Positions 61,111 to 64,000 of a stretch of 64,000 bases of DNA are shown here, in pieces; within the stretch, counting starts at the first letter, position 1, and every line of letters begins with the position of its first letter. Position numbers and translations under genes: made by a program. Source of the stretch: Macrostomum lignano (Eukaryota); assembly GCA_002269645.1 (NCBI GenBank), contig NIVC01002786.1:3196-67195 (forward strand), in the 5' to 3' direction. The notes below the pieces were generated by a model, which was not told the origin of the DNA, ran no database searches, and saw only the letters and a program-made list of their open reading frames with translations.

Positions 61111-64000
61111 CTGTGTATTGATGTCATTCTTTGCTGGCCAGCAAAAAGCTCAACAATGCCAAACAATGCCAAATTACTTGAAAATTTATTTAGTCAAGAA
61201 TTAATGATGAACTTGGACTCACATAAATTTAATCATCAGTTTTATTTTCTTCTTTGATGTCTTAAGACGAAATTAAAAGCTAACTCTAAACTAAATAGCT
61301 TATTAAGAAAATAGAAAAAAATAATTAGAGTTAGGCAAGAGGCTTAACCAAGATAATTGACAGAAAATGCCAATCTAAAGATATAGACTTTAGAAAATTA
61401 TATCTTTTTAGTTAGAACAATTAGTTAGAAAGTTAGAAAAATAAAGAAAACTGAAGACTAAGAAAGAGAAATATAAAAAACATAGAGCCAGTTGTAGCAA
61501 TAAAAAACATTCAAGTCAAAGACAATAAATTTGTCCTAGTCAGGTTTCCATTCTAACAAAAATATGTGGGCCTAAAACAATCTACCTAAACAACCTAAAA
61601 CAAAATGGTAATTAGAATTTATTATAACCCTTAAAAAGCTAAAGGGGCAATGGGCAACTATTGCTATGACCTTTGCCAAAAGTCATTTATTGCTATGACC
61701 ACTAAAATATAAATTGCTTTTTGATAAAACAAAGTTATATTAGCCAAGTTAAATTTGGAAGTTAGACATATTGAATTATAGAGAATATATATTATTTACA
61801 TGAGTATTAGATAATCCCTAGGCCTAGTTTCAATTAAACCAAACCCTTGGCCTTATCTAAATAGGCTAATATAACTTCATTACTGTATAGGCTTAATTGT
61901 TACTAGTGCCACTTAATCATACTTTGCTATTCAGTAAGTACAAATATTTTGCTAGCTCTAGACTAAAGGTAATAGTCTACTTTAGTAATAGCCACTTTAG
62001 TAATAGCCATTTCAGTAGGGCCTAATAATAAAGATAAAGAAAAAAAACAAAATTGATTTTTGTTAAAATTTTAAATGGTTACATTTAAAAAAACAAAACT
62101 TCAGTTTTATATTAAATAGTTAATCAAATTTTACAATTATGATATATGGCCAACTATTATGACTTTTACTAATACATATAACATAGGATTATAGATATAT
62201 TTTTTCAACTTTTGGTGCATATCAAACATATACAACAAAATGCCCAAAATCACTCTTCATATATCAACATATAAATACAATCCACTTTGGTAACTGCCAC
62301 TTTGTTAACAAAAATGACCACTTTGGTAATTTCCACTTCTATAACAAAGCAGATTTACAACTGTCAGCAGTATATCTTTATGGTAGTTAACTTTAGCAAT
62401 AATTAGTTTAATAGGAGGGGTGATCAAATAATAGTTCTACAACCTCTTGTTATAGCTTTTAGTTATAGAATTGGCAAAAGCCAAAAACTTATACATATGT
62501 AGCTATATCTGTTTGCTATATTTATATGCATTTTTGGCTTCCAAATGTGCTCCAATAAAATTTTACAGCCATATATATTCTATGTGTTTTTAGTAGCTGA
62601 TGGAAATATCAAAAGACAGTGTTCGCTTCTATATCTTTATGTGCATGCAACTTGGTTTCAAAGCAACTAAGATTCATATTGATCTGGTGAATATTTTAGC
62701 TAACTCTGCTCTATCAATTGACATGTTGTCTGCTGGCTACACCATTTCTTAGAAGGCCGGGACAGCTTCAACAATGAATCGAGGTCTAGCCAACCTTGGA
62801 CATCCTTGACTAAAGATGCTATAGCCTGTGCTAATGCAATAATTTGTGAGGAATAGAGCATTACACTAAGATTCCTTGCCTATGAGCTTAGTATCAGCTA
62901 TAGTAATGCTCATAGGCCTAAGCCTAACATCATGCATGAGCAACTAGGGTGCACAAAGACTTGCACTCAATGGGTATACCATCTTCTCACTCTGTAAATA
63001 ATTAACAAAGAAAAAAGTAGATTCTGTAATTTTAACTTAAATATTATAATGTATATAATATTTTGCCAATTATAAGATATGCTTTTGGTACATGCATCTA
63101 ATATACCTAGTAATTAAAAAATTGGTTAAAACATTTAAACAAATAGTTTTTTGCATTAAGCAAAATCTTTCAAAATGTGCAAGAATGTATCTTAATTATT
63201 TTTTGTCTTTATTTCCTTTAAGTTCATTTGCACATTTTTGGAATATATTAATCAATGCATATAGCAAATACTTATTACCAAAGTGGCTATTACAAAACTG
63301 GTCATGGTTTGTTACCAAAGTGTTTATTACTGAAATGGATTATTACCCCAACATATATGCCAAATTTCTTGAGTAGGCCTATACCCAGAAAATTTCTAGT
63401 GTATATCAGTTTCAACCTACTTTGGTGAAAGAATTTTTAGCGAAAGTCAATAACGGCAAAAAATAACTTTTGCAATGACCATTTTGTCTAAAGCTCACCA
63501 TTTTGGCGAAAAATTTATTCTAAGCTTTGCTGAAGAGTTTTTTGTTTTTAGAAGAAAGTTAAAAAGAAAAACAACCAACTTTAAAAATACTAATTTTATT
63601 TTATTGTGACACATACATGCGCAACAATCGGCCGACTTGGCCGATCTGGCCAACCGATTCGGTGGCCAACCAAGGAAGTCACAAAAATGCCCACCCAAAA
63701 ACCGAAGTAGTAGTACTAAGTAGCTGACGAGGCATTTTGGCTTAATAAGACAGTTATAGTTACTCCTGCCATTTACCCAAAGTTGCATTAATTTTGCTTT
63801 AGGGTTTTTTTACATGTAAGTTGCATTTTTAGCCAAAAACTGTCACATTTTTGTTAAAACTAAGTCGCATGGCCGACCGAATTTTGGAGGTTGTGCATGT
63901 ATGTCGTGACATGTTTTCCTTTTGTTGCAGTTTAATTTAGTTGTTTCATTAGATGCCCTTCCATTATGGCAGAATTTCAAAGTACGATTTTAGGAGCCTG

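Overview
Eukaryotic (animal) genomic DNA with GC-rich, Ala/Pro/Gln-rich exons and AT-rich introns packed with minisatellites. The style resembles the flatworm Macrostomum, but this is inference only. Host genes reconstructed by hand: an RGS12/loco-like gene (PDZ-PTB-RGS-RBD-RBD, minus, ~1615-7275), a 14-exon LRRC71-like gene (minus, 12188-25249), an orphan single-exon ORF (plus, 38788-39750), a solitary replication-type histone H3 (minus, 48573-48983) and the 3' exons of a REPS1/2-like EH-domain gene (minus, 58844-61110). Two mobile elements stand out. (1) A 4390-bp Polinton/Maverick-derived mini-element (51041-55430) has apparently identical 796-bp terminal inverted repeats and a 6-bp target-site duplication (GATGCT). 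Its only gene is a protein-primed family B DNA polymerase that lacks the terminal-protein region and is split by three short GT-AG introns, one in each of the catalytic motifs A, B and C. (2) A 5'-truncated RNase H-encoding LINE (12643-14043) is flanked by an exact 132-bp direct duplication. About twenty tandem arrays, several MITE/SINE-like repeats and extra orphan histone-type stem-loops fill the rest. All coordinates and splice models were read by eye and may be off by a few bases.
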